IMG/VR virus record: IMGVR_UViG_3300027969_000050
Location: 76,267 to 140,266 of that record
Length of the DNA stretch: 64,000 nucleotides
Direction: 5' to 3' (one strand)
From: a virus
Shown: one piece after another, positions 16,219 through 26,002 of the stretch
Layout: the number at the start of each line of letters is the position of its first letter
How positions within the stretch are numbered: position 1 is the first letter of the stretch
Position numbers and translations under genes: made by a program
The notes under the pieces: model-generated
Databases searched by the model: none
What the model was told of the DNA's origin: nothing
Seen by the model: the letters and a program-made list of their open reading frames with translations, nothing else

Positions 16219-18181
16219 AGCGTCCGTCCCTCAGATCAACGCGATCCTCCACGATCTCCTTGGCGTCCTCGACAATAAAAATTTTAAGCACGGATGACCT
16301 CGAGTCCCTCCTCCAAGTAAAAGCCCCTTGATCAAGGCCAATCAGGTTTAGCTCACCGAGTCCCTCGAGCGTCCGGCGGACTAATTTTTTATTTTTTGAG
16401 ACAACCTTGAACATGTCTGGAGTTGGAACTTCTCCTTGCTTTGCCACCTTGAGGGCGTTGCCAACAGCAAAAACCTCGCATCCAGCGGTCAATAAGGCCG
16501 AAGTTACGGCCTCTACGTCAGAATTGCTCAAAGACCCAATGAAAACAAGGCTGCCTGTGTTTGCAAGCTTCGTCGTTCCGCCATTAATATTTTGCAGCTC
16601 CACTGAGTTGACCTTCAGCTCAGGATGCTGGTAATACCAGAGGCGAATCAGGTGACGCACTGTGTAGGGGATCGTCGTCGTAGATTTAATTAGGAGCTTT
16701 TTAGAGTCGTAAACGCCTTGAACCGTGTTCTCATAGCCAGAATCTACCGAGAGATCAGCAACCTGCATGCCCGGATCCCCAACAACAATCGAGTCATCCT
16801 CAACGTCGTAAATAAAAGGAATGGGCAGGGCGACTGGGTCTACCGCCGACATAAAAGTGATTTCGCCCACTCCTTGAGGCTGTCTCGGGGTGAAATGCGG
16901 ATTAAAAGTAGCGTCTGGATCAGTGTTAGGGAAGTGATCGTTCATGACTAGCGTGTCGGATTCGGCCTCGCGGTGCTTAATGAACTCGTGCCACGATGGA
17001 AGGAGCTGCTCGCATTCAGGACATTGATAGAGGCCATTAATTCTTTTTGGGTCCGAAAGTCCAATGGACCCATTTTGCTGTCCGGCGATTGCGCTTTCCT
17101 CTGCTGCGGTGTCGTTGAAGAACTGGCCGTCATCATTGGCCGGATTTGGGTTTGAAAAGTTGTGTTCTTCCAAATCCTCGATGCGCTTTACAACGTTGTC
17201 ATTGCCAGCCAGAACAAACTTCAAATTGTTGTCATCGGCGTATTCGTTCAGTGCGGACAGAAGCTTAACCCCAAAAATTTTATTTGGGAGCTGGATGTCA
17301 TCTCCTTCAACCTTGAGAGTCCCAACCGTCATTTGCCCCGAAAGACGGGTCGCAATCTTGGACCAGTCCTGCTTATGCGAGATTAGGCACTCGTCTCCTT
17401 GCTGAACAAAATAAAGATAAGAAGTCTTTGAGGCCACTTCATGGCCCTCCATGTTGGAAAGGCCGCTCCAAGAAAGACCAACGGAGTTGCAGTACTGCTT
17501 CAGGACATCCGAGAGCGCATTGAGGCCAATATTTGTTTCGACCTCCCATGATGCATTGTCATCCGGGTCAATTTTTAGCGTCCCAACTGCAATTGGCCCC
17601 GAAGTTTCGGGGTTTACTAGGCTTTCGAGCGGTTTGTCATCGACGATGAGCTGCCCATCCGCATAAGAAAAATTTAATTTCTTCGGTTCACGCATGTCGT
17701 GGTCCATGTACGACCGATCAATGTGATCTCGATTGTCCTGAGCCTGAGGTTCCTCAGCAGGAAGGGCGTCACCGGCATAATCCATTGAGACGCGAGCAAA
17801 GTGATTGAGGTTCTTGAAAATATTTTCTGCTCGATCAGCGAAACGCTCACTCCTCTCGGTGGCCTTTGGACGAACAACATCTAGTCCTCGGTAAAGGGGG
17901 TGCGACATGGACTTGTAGATGATGTACTTGTACCGGTCGCAGGTCAGGTCAATTACATATTTTTTGTCGGACGAGACCCAGACGTAGTGGCCATTGTCCT
18001 CGCCAATAAAGCCGCCAAGACGGCGCGTAAGCCAGAATGAGGTGACGTAGCACTGGCCTTTAGAGGCGTCCTGATCTCCACTGAACTCGGGGTGGCGGGT
18101 GTCGTCGTTCCACGCTTTTTCTGCGGCAGACTTAAGGGCGTGTAACTCGCCCTGAGAAATTGACTTAGGATCGAAGGTCAA
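16208..18181 (-). CDS. Multidomain protein: papain/transglutaminase-like (YunG-like) domain, zinc finger, repeat unit, degenerate CCA-enzyme head
   Basis: GQCYV...GHYVW...IDLT; YQCPEC...FIKH; PIPFIY...VVGDPG; ALLTAGCEVFAVGNALK. Start set at the TTG overlapping the upstream stop, after GGAGA. Confidence 0.75.
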   Translation of the reverse strand: MTFDPKSISQGELHALKSAAEKAWNDDTRHPEFSGDQDASKGQCYVTSFWLTRRLGGFIGEDNGHYVWVSSDKKYVIDLTCDRYKYIIYKSMSHPLYRGLDVVRPKATERSERFADRAENIFKNLNHFARVSMDYAGDALPAEEPQAQDNRDHIDRSYMDHDMREPKKLNFSYADGQLIVDDKPLESLVNPETSGPIAVGTLKIDPDDNASWEVETNIGLNALSDVLKQYCNSVGLSWSGLSNMEGHEVASKTSYLYFVQQGDECLISHKQDWSKIATRLSGQMTVGTLKVEGDDIQLPNKIFGVKLLSALNEYADDNNLKFVLAGNDNVVKRIEDLEEHNFSNPNPANDDGQFFNDTAAEESAIAGQQNGSIGLSDPKRINGLYQCPECEQLLPSWHEFIKHREAESDTLVMNDHFPNTDPDATFNPHFTPRQPQGVGEITFMSAVDPVALPIPFIYDVEDDSIVVGDPGMQVADLSVDSGYENTVQGVYDSKKLLIKSTTTIPYTVRHLIRLWYYQHPELKVNSVELQNINGGTTKLANTGSLVFIGSLSNSDVEAVTSALLTAGCEVFAVGNALKVAKQGEVPTPDMFKVVSKNKKLVRRTLEGLGELNLIGLDQGAFTWRRDSRSSVLKIFIVEDAKEIVEDRVDLRDGRYEA

Positions 18182-19242
18182 AACGGCATCTCCGAATTGG
18201 GATCTTCCCAAATTTCATCTGCCGATCCGAACTGTGGATCGTCGCTGAAGAACAGCTCGTCCTTTGTGGGGGCGCGAAAATCAAACATTTGGCTTGGTTT
18301 TACAATGGGGTAGCTGTTCTCATGCGGATTCATAAATGGGTTTTCAAAGGGAATCTGCTTCAGAAGCGCGTACTGCTCAGGGTCCGACTTAGGTTGAGCG
18401 CGAAACTTGCCAAATCCGTAGTAAGTCGTGTTGGCCCTTGACCCGCCGCTGCCCTGCCAGCCGGAAAGAGGAGTCTCCTTGACATAGATATCAACCATGC
18501 TATTGTTGAAGTCGAAGACGGGCAAAACGGCCAGCAATGCGTCAATGTCGTTGTTCCCTTGCGTGTAGGCTTCAGCTTCAGCCGTCCTACGAGCCGCTAC
18601 GTTCTCATGCTCTGCTGGCACCTCAGGGACGTTCATGCGAGGCTGTATTCCAAGCTGCTGGGAAAGCTCAGGCTCATGGGTTGCGTAATTAGCCGCGTAG
18701 TCATGCTTCTTGGCTCGGTCAGCGTTGTTCACGATGAACTCTGGATTAGCATTATCGACGTTTGCAGACTTGACCTCGATCCCGTAAACGGTTCCATTGG
18801 CGTCACGAGACAATCCGTCTAGGCGACCGTGTTCCGCAGCTCCACCCGAAGACAGTGATTCGACACCCGGCTGCCACCAAATAATTTCTCCGTACTTGGC
18901 CTGCCACTCAGGACTCTTGGAAACGACTTCGTTAATAGCCGCCTCGCCCATTTTCCCAAATTGACTGAGCGACATCCCTGCGCGGGCGACATGCTCATTG
19001 TCTTGTTCTTTATCAATTCGTTCAAGAAGATCCTGATTTTGACCGCAATGTGGGCAGTCATACTCGCTGTACTGGCGCTCTGTAAGCCAATCGATGCCCT
19101 GAGGCGAAGCGTAGAAATGACACCTAGGAGCCTCGCACTTTCTCCAGCCGTTTGCTACGGCCTCCTGAGCCTCGGCGGAGGTCTCCATAACCTCGCCAAG
19201 ATGCAGGCCGTCCTCTTCGATTGGGTAGCTGGAAGTTCGCAT
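18178..19242 (-). CDS. Zn-ribbon plus PD-(D/E)XK nuclease-like protein
   Basis: CEAPRC/CPHC; GKMGE helix; RLDG...YGIEVKS. Confidence 0.65.
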   Translation of the reverse strand: MRTSSYPIEEDGLHLGEVMETSAEAQEAVANGWRKCEAPRCHFYASPQGIDWLTERQYSEYDCPHCGQNQDLLERIDKEQDNEHVARAGMSLSQFGKMGEAAINEVVSKSPEWQAKYGEIIWWQPGVESLSSGGAAEHGRLDGLSRDANGTVYGIEVKSANVDNANPEFIVNNADRAKKHDYAANYATHEPELSQQLGIQPRMNVPEVPAEHENVAARRTAEAEAYTQGNNDIDALLAVLPVFDFNNSMVDIYVKETPLSGWQGSGGSRANTTYYGFGKFRAQPKSDPEQYALLKQIPFENPFMNPHENSYPIVKPSQMFDFRAPTKDELFFSDDPQFGSADEIWEDPNSEMPF

Positions 19243-19250
19243 ACTACTAA

Positions 19251-19475
19251 TTAAGCGTCGGGACTGGCTTCATTACCGTCAATTCGGTCCATATGACCTC
19301 GCATAGCGGCCTCATAAGCACCTCCGTCGCAATAAACACAAAGACGGGCCGGAACGCCTTTCATTGCAAAGATCCGATGTTGAGTCGTTTCCACTGGCGT
19401 ACTAAGAACCCGGCGAGGGGACTCACCTTTCGCTTTGCGATTTTTTAAACAGACCTTGCATATCGATTGAGCCAT
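19251..19475 (-). CDS. Small Zn-binding protein
   Basis: GAGGTGAG RBS; CKVC...CVYC. Confidence 0.6.
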   Translation of the reverse strand: MAQSICKVCLKNRKAKGESPRRVLSTPVETTQHRIFAMKGVPARLCVYCDGGAYEAAMRGHMDRIDGNEASPDA

Positions 19476-19698
19476 CTCACCTCTTATCGGCTTGCTTGCA
19501 GCCAAATCCACAGGTGAGACCCTTCCGAAAACGGCGAGCCTTGCGATGGCAAATGCAGCAGACAACATGATCGCCGCTACTGCACTTAGCAAACCTAGAG
19601 TTCGATGCCGTCGATACAAAACCACCACATTCGCAATCGAACCCAGAGGGTCCGTCGCCCTTAATTTCTACGCTGATTAAATGCCCTTGCCCATCCAC

Positions 19699-20013
19699 TC
19701 ACTTGCTCCTCTTCCTTAAAAGCTTTTTAAGCTTCTCCAAAGATGACTCCCGATGGGCATCGGCAGCAATATTTACGATCTCCGACTCAATGATCATTGC
19801 AATATCATCATCGGCACAGGTACAGAAAATGCGTGGAACGTAAGCCATCTTGCCGTCAATGTTCTCAATGGTCACGGTGATCATGAAGAACCCGCTGCTA
19901 TCTGCCGCCATGTCTGCCGCCAGCATCACGTTATCGATAAAATCTTCCATCTCATCGATAGGCTCCGGTTCAATGTTATTCAATGAGTCGTCCAGAAGAT
20001 TAAAGAGATCCAT
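19699..20013 (-). CDS. Hypothetical protein
   Basis: AAGGA RBS; lies in an operon-like run. Confidence 0.6.
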   Translation of the reverse strand: MDLFNLLDDSLNNIEPEPIDEMEDFIDNVMLAADMAADSSGFFMITVTIENIDGKMAYVPRIFCTCADDDIAMIIESEIVNIAADAHRESSLEKLKKLLRKRSK

Positions 20014-20254
20014 TTTTCGTCCTTATGAGAAGATCCAGCTTACTTGAGAAAAGGCCTGCGACCTGACTAACCATTCGAAATGTTACATAGACGGAAAGAA
20101 ACACGATGATGCCAAGCCAAGCACTAAAGGCAAACCCAACAGAGATGCCAAGAATCGCAATTAGCAGTACTTCTATCTCGGTGATTGCAGCGCGAACAAG
20201 GCCGACAATGACGCTTGCCAAAAAAGTTGGGAACTGCTTAATATCCTCAATCAT
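20000..20254 (-). CDS. Small membrane protein
   Basis: Two to three hydrophobic segments. Confidence 0.6.
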   Translation of the reverse strand: MIEDIKQFPTFLASVIVGLVRAAITEIEVLLIAILGISVGFAFSAWLGIIVFLSVYVTFRMVSQVAGLFSSKLDLLIRTKNGSL

Positions 20255-20460
20255 TTTAATAGCGCGTAAACGTCGTCTCGAACATCAGCAACGGCAGAAG
20301 TGATCTCGTCATACCGACCAAAGCGATGCTCTAGCTTTGAATAGATGTCCGACAGGTCTTGGTAAATTCGATCAAGATCCCGCTGCGAGATGGCGGATTC
20401 TTTCTTGTTCTCGTTGTGAAATGGGGAATTACTTGGAAACGGCATCTGTATTCTCCTCAA
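20251..20460 (-). CDS. Hypothetical protein
   Basis: Overlapping run of genes; the true start may be at MPFPS. Confidence 0.5.
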   Translation of the reverse strand: MRRIQMPFPSNSPFHNENKKESAISQRDLDRIYQDLSDIYSKLEHRFGRYDEITSAVADVRDDVYALLK

Positions 20461-20668
20461 TAATTTCCTCTTCGACTACTTCAGCAGCCTCTTCAAGAAT
20501 CTTGTTTGCCCTATCAACCGCGCCTTGAAGGTGCTTCGTTAGAGGCGAAACCTTTCCGCGCACGTCCATTTGGCGATAGGAATCTGTCATGTCCTCACTA
20601 ACTGATTTAAAATGAGCCGTATTCAGGGCGTCTCTGAGGAACTCAAGTTCGGTTTGTTCAATTTCCAT
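20429..20668 (-). CDS. Hypothetical protein
   Basis: GGAG RBS; coupled to upstream gene. Confidence 0.6.
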   Translation of the reverse strand: MEIEQTELEFLRDALNTAHFKSVSEDMTDSYRQMDVRGKVSPLTKHLQGAVDRANKILEEAAEVVEEEIIEENTDAVSK

Positions 20669-21263
20669 TTAGCACTCCCTCCCTGTTTAGGTAGAAATTA
20701 ATTCCGGCCCATGTCGGGGCCAAGAAGATGTTGTCAATGTCAGTCAACGCTCGGTTGTATTCGTAAAGCAGTCCGAAACCCTTACGGCGGTCCGCGTAAA
20801 CGTCTGCCTTTTCGTACACAAAGTCGCACAGCGTCTTTGGGCGGTCATCGATCAGATAAGCGCAGTCATCTAAATAAGGAAGCTTGTTGTCAAGCATGCA
20901 AACAACCTCGCCCTCAGGAAGTCCGGATTCCTTAATCCATTCAGCCGTTGCGTAAACAAGATCCGGATCCCGGGACGAAACATATTTTATTTCGCCATTG
21001 AACCGGGTTAAAGTCTCAACCGCGCCATCAAAGCACTGCCTAGACTTGATCATGTCTACCGAATGAACCTTTTCTATAGCTTTTTCAAAGGCCTCGTCCC
21101 CACAGGAATCAAGTGGAGAACGCCATTCGAACCAACCATGGTAGGCGCCACGAAAATAATCTTTATTTCCGCTCTCCAAAGCCAAGTCAAGGTAGGCCTG
21201 CCGAAAAGGAGTTTCAAAGTCATAGAGCGTGGAGTCAACGTCCACAGCCATTTTAGTCCTCAT
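20658..21263 (-). CDS. HAD-family 5'(3')-deoxyribonucleotidase-like protein
   Basis: AVDVDSTL motif I; VSSR; K...LIDD motif IV. Confidence 0.8.
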   Translation of the reverse strand: MRTKMAVDVDSTLYDFETPFRQAYLDLALESGNKDYFRGAYHGWFEWRSPLDSCGDEAFEKAIEKVHSVDMIKSRQCFDGAVETLTRFNGEIKYVSSRDPDLVYATAEWIKESGLPEGEVVCMLDNKLPYLDDCAYLIDDRPKTLCDFVYEKADVYADRRKGFGLLYEYNRALTDIDNIFLAPTWAGINFYLNREGVLNGN

Positions 21264-21936
21264 CGAAGACCTTTTTTAATTCTTCGTATGTCCGCTCTGC
21301 ATTGGCGGACACAGCATTTACTTCTTCCTCGTCACGCTGTTTTTCCATCAAGGAGGCAATGATTGTCTTTGCAACCAAATCCTTGAGTTCGTCGAGGCTC
21401 CCTGAATTAGGGATCAAGTAGTCGATTAAGTCCTCATTCACACCAATTTCGCTGGCGTGTGAGCTTTCTTCAATCACGTCACCGGGACGCTCAATAAGCC
21501 ACACGAACCCACCATACTCCCTGATTCGCGTAGCCTCGTTGTCATAACGGACGTCGGTTACGACATAGATCTCGGGCGAATGAAGGAACGGTCCGAAGTC
21601 AAGGGCATCGAGAGGAGGAAGAAGCGTATCGACCCAAAAATTCTCTCCGAAAAGCTCCCGATGGGCCTCGGTCCCATACCTTTGGAAAAGCTCCCTGCCA
21701 GAAATCTCAGCAAAGGGCTTTCCATCAATCTCAACCTTGACCGATCCCTTTGACTTGATGTCCTCGGCAATAACACGCCAATCCTCGTAGTCACCAAAGA
21801 CCTTCAGGGCGGAGTGCTTAAGGGCCTCTGCGAAGGAAAGCTTGACCACTGGCCTCACATCATTGAACAGTGAATAAAGGGTCTCATAAACGGTGTCCTT
21901 GCCAGAACCCGCCCTTCCTGTCAGCCCAATAAGCAT
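21253..21936 (-). CDS. Deoxynucleoside monophosphate kinase
   Basis: GLTGRAGSGKDT, SFAEALK, RELFQRYGTE, VTDVRYDNE, HASE. Confidence 0.9.
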   Translation of the reverse strand: MLIGLTGRAGSGKDTVYETLYSLFNDVRPVVKLSFAEALKHSALKVFGDYEDWRVIAEDIKSKGSVKVEIDGKPFAEISGRELFQRYGTEAHRELFGENFWVDTLLPPLDALDFGPFLHSPEIYVVTDVRYDNEATRIREYGGFVWLIERPGDVIEESSHASEIGVNEDLIDYLIPNSGSLDELKDLVAKTIIASLMEKQRDEEEVNAVSANAERTYEELKKVFDED

Positions 21937-22187
21937 TAGGAGTTAAGTTCGTCGCGCTGGGCAATCAAAGATGTTAGCTCTGCGTCAGCGAGCTTTTCTA
22001 CCTCCGCACGAAGCTCAATGCACTTGTCGAGCTGAAACTTCTCAACGTCGCTCTCAGACCAATCGCTAGGAACCTCGTACTTGCGGTTCATAGAAAAGTA
22101 GAAGTCCTGCGAGTACTCGAACTTGACGATCTGAATTTTGCCGCCTACTGAAACTGAGGCCGATGCCTCAATGCACTTAGCTTCCAT
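21936..22187 (-). CDS. Hypothetical protein
   Basis: TAATG coupling to the downstream gene. Confidence 0.65.
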   Translation of the reverse strand: MEAKCIEASASVSVGGKIQIVKFEYSQDFYFSMNRKYEVPSDWSESDVEKFQLDKCIELRAEVEKLADAELTSLIAQRDELNS

Positions 22188-22206
22188 GACTTGCCTTTCG
22201 ATTTAT

Positions 22207-22410
22207 TTACGAACGGGTGAGACTGACAAACAGCCCTTCTCGAACAGCGATTTCTGATACTGCGTCAACAATCTCATTTGAGAGGCTATCCGGAATAGGA
22301 CGGCCCTCGGAGTTGTAAGCAACAACGCACACGGCCTGCGAGCGCTGCTTGTAGTTCTGGTCCTTACGGTTCTTGCGCTTCGCCTTACCCTTATCTTTAG
22401 GACTACTCAT
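22207..22410 (-). CDS. Hypothetical basic protein
   Basis: Start at MSSPK, overlapping the upstream stop. Confidence 0.55.
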   Translation of the reverse strand: MSSPKDKGKAKRKNRKDQNYKQRSQAVCVVAYNSEGRPIPDSLSNEIVDAVSEIAVREGLFVSLTRS

Positions 22411-23614
22411 ACCTTTGGCCTCTCCAATAGAGTTTGTTGTCAACGAATGTGGCTAGGTCGATGCTGAACGTGCCATCTTCAAAAACGTTGGCCGTGGCGA
22501 ATCCTTGCTGCCAATCTGCGTTCACGGCGTAACCTAGACCGCCCTCAATCTGACACATGCAGCCTGTCTCAACCGCAGTCAGAGTGGTGGGCTTACCATT
22601 AATATCATAATTTGTTTTGTGGACACGACTTTGCCTATGCGTGTGTCCCACGACAATCGAATACCCAAGGTGATCCAGAGTCGCCAAAGCCGACGCTCCA
22701 GAGCCTTTTCGGGCAATCCAACCATGTCGGGCAGCCAAGTGTTCAGAGACGTTGATCTGAGCGTGCTTGTAGGACCCGTGAGGCTCTACATAATCAATTC
22801 CAAGCTCATCTAGCCTTAAGAGATAATCTACGCTGAAAATCGATTTATTGTCGTCTGCGCGAGTCAGGTTATATAGATCAGGAACGCGATCAATAATGCT
22901 TCGACGCAGCCGCTCATCGTGATTGCCAGAAAGCTTAGTCCAATGCGTCTTTTCTGACGACTGAACATAGTCCCTTAGCAAGCCATAAGCCGAGTCAATG
23001 CATTCTTGCGTGGTAGCAGCCCAGTCAGGTTCCGCTGGATGGCGGGACACGTTTGGAAGGTCCATTGTGTCTCCAATGAGAATTCCCTCTTCCGGCTTTT
23101 CCTCAGCTAAGAAAGAACAGAATGCATTGTGAAGGTCCTTGTCGTGGAAAGGAGCCTGAGGGTCTCCAACAAACACAACAAGCTTTCCGTTCTTATTGCT
23201 TTTTTGTGTCTTGGGCCTCTTGTAGTCGCCATCGATACGAGCGGGTGAGATGCTCGGGGCTTTGCGGTTAAAGGTTGCCCTTAGCTGACGGTTCTCACCA
23301 TTTTCTCCCCACTCATTGACACGAAGGTTTGTGACCTCCCAATCCTCAGGGTCAAGATTACGATCCTCTAAAAGACCCTCAAGGTCTCCAAGATCATAGT
23401 CGGCAATTTCCATGACCTGTTCATTGGTGTCAATGACGATCTTGTTTGAGTTCCAGCGCTTTAGCGCTCGACGGATTGAATGGCGCGATGTATCCAAGCC
23501 CTTCTTACCAAGCTTGTCAGCAATTTCAGTATGGGTTAGACCTTCTGAGTCCCATGCTTCAATTGTTTCGCGGTGTTTGTCTAGTTCGGAATAGTGAGAT
23601 TTATTCATCATCAA
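22403..23614 (-). CDS. Calcineurin-like metallophosphoesterase with N-terminal HTH
   Basis: GDPQ.P.HD, GDTMD, GNHD, RHG, GHTH. Confidence 0.85.
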   Translation of the reverse strand: MMMNKSHYSELDKHRETIEAWDSEGLTHTEIADKLGKKGLDTSRHSIRRALKRWNSNKIVIDTNEQVMEIADYDLGDLEGLLEDRNLDPEDWEVTNLRVNEWGENGENRQLRATFNRKAPSISPARIDGDYKRPKTQKSNKNGKLVVFVGDPQAPFHDKDLHNAFCSFLAEEKPEEGILIGDTMDLPNVSRHPAEPDWAATTQECIDSAYGLLRDYVQSSEKTHWTKLSGNHDERLRRSIIDRVPDLYNLTRADDNKSIFSVDYLLRLDELGIDYVEPHGSYKHAQINVSEHLAARHGWIARKGSGASALATLDHLGYSIVVGHTHRQSRVHKTNYDINGKPTTLTAVETGCMCQIEGGLGYAVNADWQQGFATANVFEDGTFSIDLATFVDNKLYWRGQRYE

Positions 23615-25835
23615 TCAGGGTATATTTCTTAGCTTTCTTAGCTCTAGGTAATTTCTCAACAGTATCTTTGTCTCTTTTTTCTACTTCTCGGACAGTATGA
23701 GGTGTTTCCTCTTCGCTGTCAACTGTATCTTTATTATCTTTGCTTGATTGCTTTTCTCCTGATTGATTTTTTGACATAGACGGCATGCCCGGACGACGTT
23801 CAAACGAAGCTGGAGGGGCCTGACCGTTTCCTACGCCACCGGGCATTCCTCCCGGTCCCGGAGCAATAGCTGGTGGGCCTCCACCGGGTACGCCTCCGCC
23901 AATTCCATTTGGTCCCATGCCACCCGGCTCCTGCGGCATGACCATTTTCTCGCCAGCATTTCCTCCACCGGGACCTCCGGGAGGGCCACCGCCTCCGGGA
24001 GGAGGGCCACCGGGAGGACCACCGGCAGGGCCGCCGGGAGGACCACCGGGAGGAGGGCCACCGGGCAACATACTTCCCTGCGGGCCAAGCTCCTTGTCCA
24101 GAACCGTTTCGACTTCTGCCTTGAGGTCTGGCGGAATAGGAAGGTTGGCTGCGTGAAGCGCTTTGTAAGTCTTCATCTTTGCGTCCTGCTGCGCGATAGT
24201 CTTCTGGACAAGCTCGTCGTTGTATTCGCCAAGCATGTCGTCGAACTGGAAGTGAACGCCAAACATGAGCTTCTCGTCTGGTACCGGAACGCCCATTGCG
24301 CGTAGCGTCTGCAAGAACTGACGCTCAGTGGCCTCATCACGAAGGTCAAGGGTTCGGAATTGAAGGTCAGGAATAAGAAGCTTGTGCTTCTCTACGATGC
24401 GCTTGGTGCCGTCCTCGTCATACTCGACAACCTCTTCCATGATTGGCACGCGGGTAGATCCACGCTTTTCATAGTCATAGTGTCCCTGAGCCTCTGCGAC
24501 AACGGCAGCGCGATCTTTGTAATGCTTAATCAGATAGCCTTGATAGGTGCGGAGGATCTGGTTAAGGAACTCTGCTTGGAGAGCGGAAGAGGCATACGGC
24601 GTAGCAGAAGAGCCAGCCGAGAGAAGGCTTGGGTTGACGCCAAAGATCTGCATGATGCGGCGCTCGATGCGGTCAAAGTCGTCTCCGAGGCGAGGCATCT
24701 GCTCACGACCAAAGACGCTCTCAACCTCGATACCGAAGTGGTGAACAAGAAGGCGGAAGTCCGAAGAAAGAGCCATGTCCATGTCGTCACGGAAAACTTC
24801 AAGCTCGTCTGGGCTAGGAATCCAAGGACCCTGACCGTCCTGAAGGTCCATAATTCCAAGCTTTGCAAGGATAAGCGGCGAGTAGAGGCGCTCAGCAATT
24901 GCGTCCTGAGATGCCAATAATTTTTCTTCGTGAATTAGGGTCCTGAGTCCCCGGAGAAGAATTGGCGTTCCATGATCGTCCCAGTTAGTCGTCTTATTGG
25001 CGACTTGCTTCAGCAGAACGTTGGAAATCGGGATGTGATCGCCCTTACGAAGGTAAGGAATTAATTCCGGGAAGTTCATTTCAAGCTGCTTGTACTCCTT
25101 TGCAGGAGATTTTGTCTGAGCAAGCTTCTTCAGGTACTCGGGCGGAACAATTTTTAGCTGCGTGCTGCCAAGAAGAGGAAAATTCTCAATAACCACGTCT
25201 TCTGGGTTAATTAGTTCCTCGCGCTCCCAAATACCAAGATCCTCATCAAACGAGCCAAGAGGGAAGGCCTCGCCAACAGTCCAGAATTCACGGCCAAGAC
25301 CAACCAAAAACTCTGGGTAGTCGAGCTGGCCGATAAAGAGGTCCTCGTAAAAATCTTTTAGCTTGGGGTCCTTGCACTCAACGTCCATGCCAACGAGCGG
25401 GAAACGAGTGAAAATGTCAATCAGGATTGGTACTAGGTAGTGGGTCGAGTAATAAAGTCGAAGCCACTTGTGAAGCTTATGGCGATGACCCTCGTCGGCC
25501 ATGTTCCAAGGCAGACCAGAAAGATCCCAATATTCAATAGGGTCATAGAAACGAGGAATAGCCGCGAAGGTATCTCCGCCGCCCATGCTGCCCGTCTTGC
25601 GACCGCTAAGACGACGCTGATCGCCCATAGCCCGCATCAGGCGATTGTTTGCCTCGATCTCTGAGGCTTGTTTAGTTGTAGAGCCAAGCATATCTGCATG
25701 GCGAGCGTCCTTAGTCATAGACGCCATCTCTGAATAAGTAGAGGCTTCGAGGCGAGCGCGAGTCGCGTTCTTAGGAACGGCAACTCCAAGTTTCTTTAAA
25801 TGCTGAACCTGCGCATCTAATTTAGAGGTATCCAT
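23601..25835 (-). CDS. Portal protein
   Basis: Portal-like core (LIDIFTRFPL, GEAFP, HGTPILLR, PLILAKLG); near terminase; Pro/Gly-rich C-terminal tail. Confidence 0.75.
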   Translation of the reverse strand: MDTSKLDAQVQHLKKLGVAVPKNATRARLEASTYSEMASMTKDARHADMLGSTTKQASEIEANNRLMRAMGDQRRLSGRKTGSMGGGDTFAAIPRFYDPIEYWDLSGLPWNMADEGHRHKLHKWLRLYYSTHYLVPILIDIFTRFPLVGMDVECKDPKLKDFYEDLFIGQLDYPEFLVGLGREFWTVGEAFPLGSFDEDLGIWEREELINPEDVVIENFPLLGSTQLKIVPPEYLKKLAQTKSPAKEYKQLEMNFPELIPYLRKGDHIPISNVLLKQVANKTTNWDDHGTPILLRGLRTLIHEEKLLASQDAIAERLYSPLILAKLGIMDLQDGQGPWIPSPDELEVFRDDMDMALSSDFRLLVHHFGIEVESVFGREQMPRLGDDFDRIERRIMQIFGVNPSLLSAGSSATPYASSALQAEFLNQILRTYQGYLIKHYKDRAAVVAEAQGHYDYEKRGSTRVPIMEEVVEYDEDGTKRIVEKHKLLIPDLQFRTLDLRDEATERQFLQTLRAMGVPVPDEKLMFGVHFQFDDMLGEYNDELVQKTIAQQDAKMKTYKALHAANLPIPPDLKAEVETVLDKELGPQGSMLPGGPPPGGPPGGPAGGPPGGPPPGGGGPPGGPGGGNAGEKMVMPQEPGGMGPNGIGGGVPGGGPPAIAPGPGGMPGGVGNGQAPPASFERRPGMPSMSKNQSGEKQSSKDNKDTVDSEEETPHTVREVEKRDKDTVEKLPRAKKAKKYTLIDDE

Positions 25836-26002
25836 GACTATCCTTTACGGCCCAGAAGTTGCATTACATAACGCTATCGCATAAGCGTTACAAATACAAC
25901 TGTTACTTTTTACAGGGACACTCTGCACACCGAAAAGATACAACCCAGCGCCAGAGATTAATACGTTTAAAGTTACCGCAACAGGTTGAGCAGGAACAGC
26001 CC

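Noticed and set aside
23831-24156. Alternative-frame and antisense Pro/Gly ORFs (also 12882-13401 and 36330-36759)
   Set aside because: They are shadows of low-complexity coding tracts in real genes.
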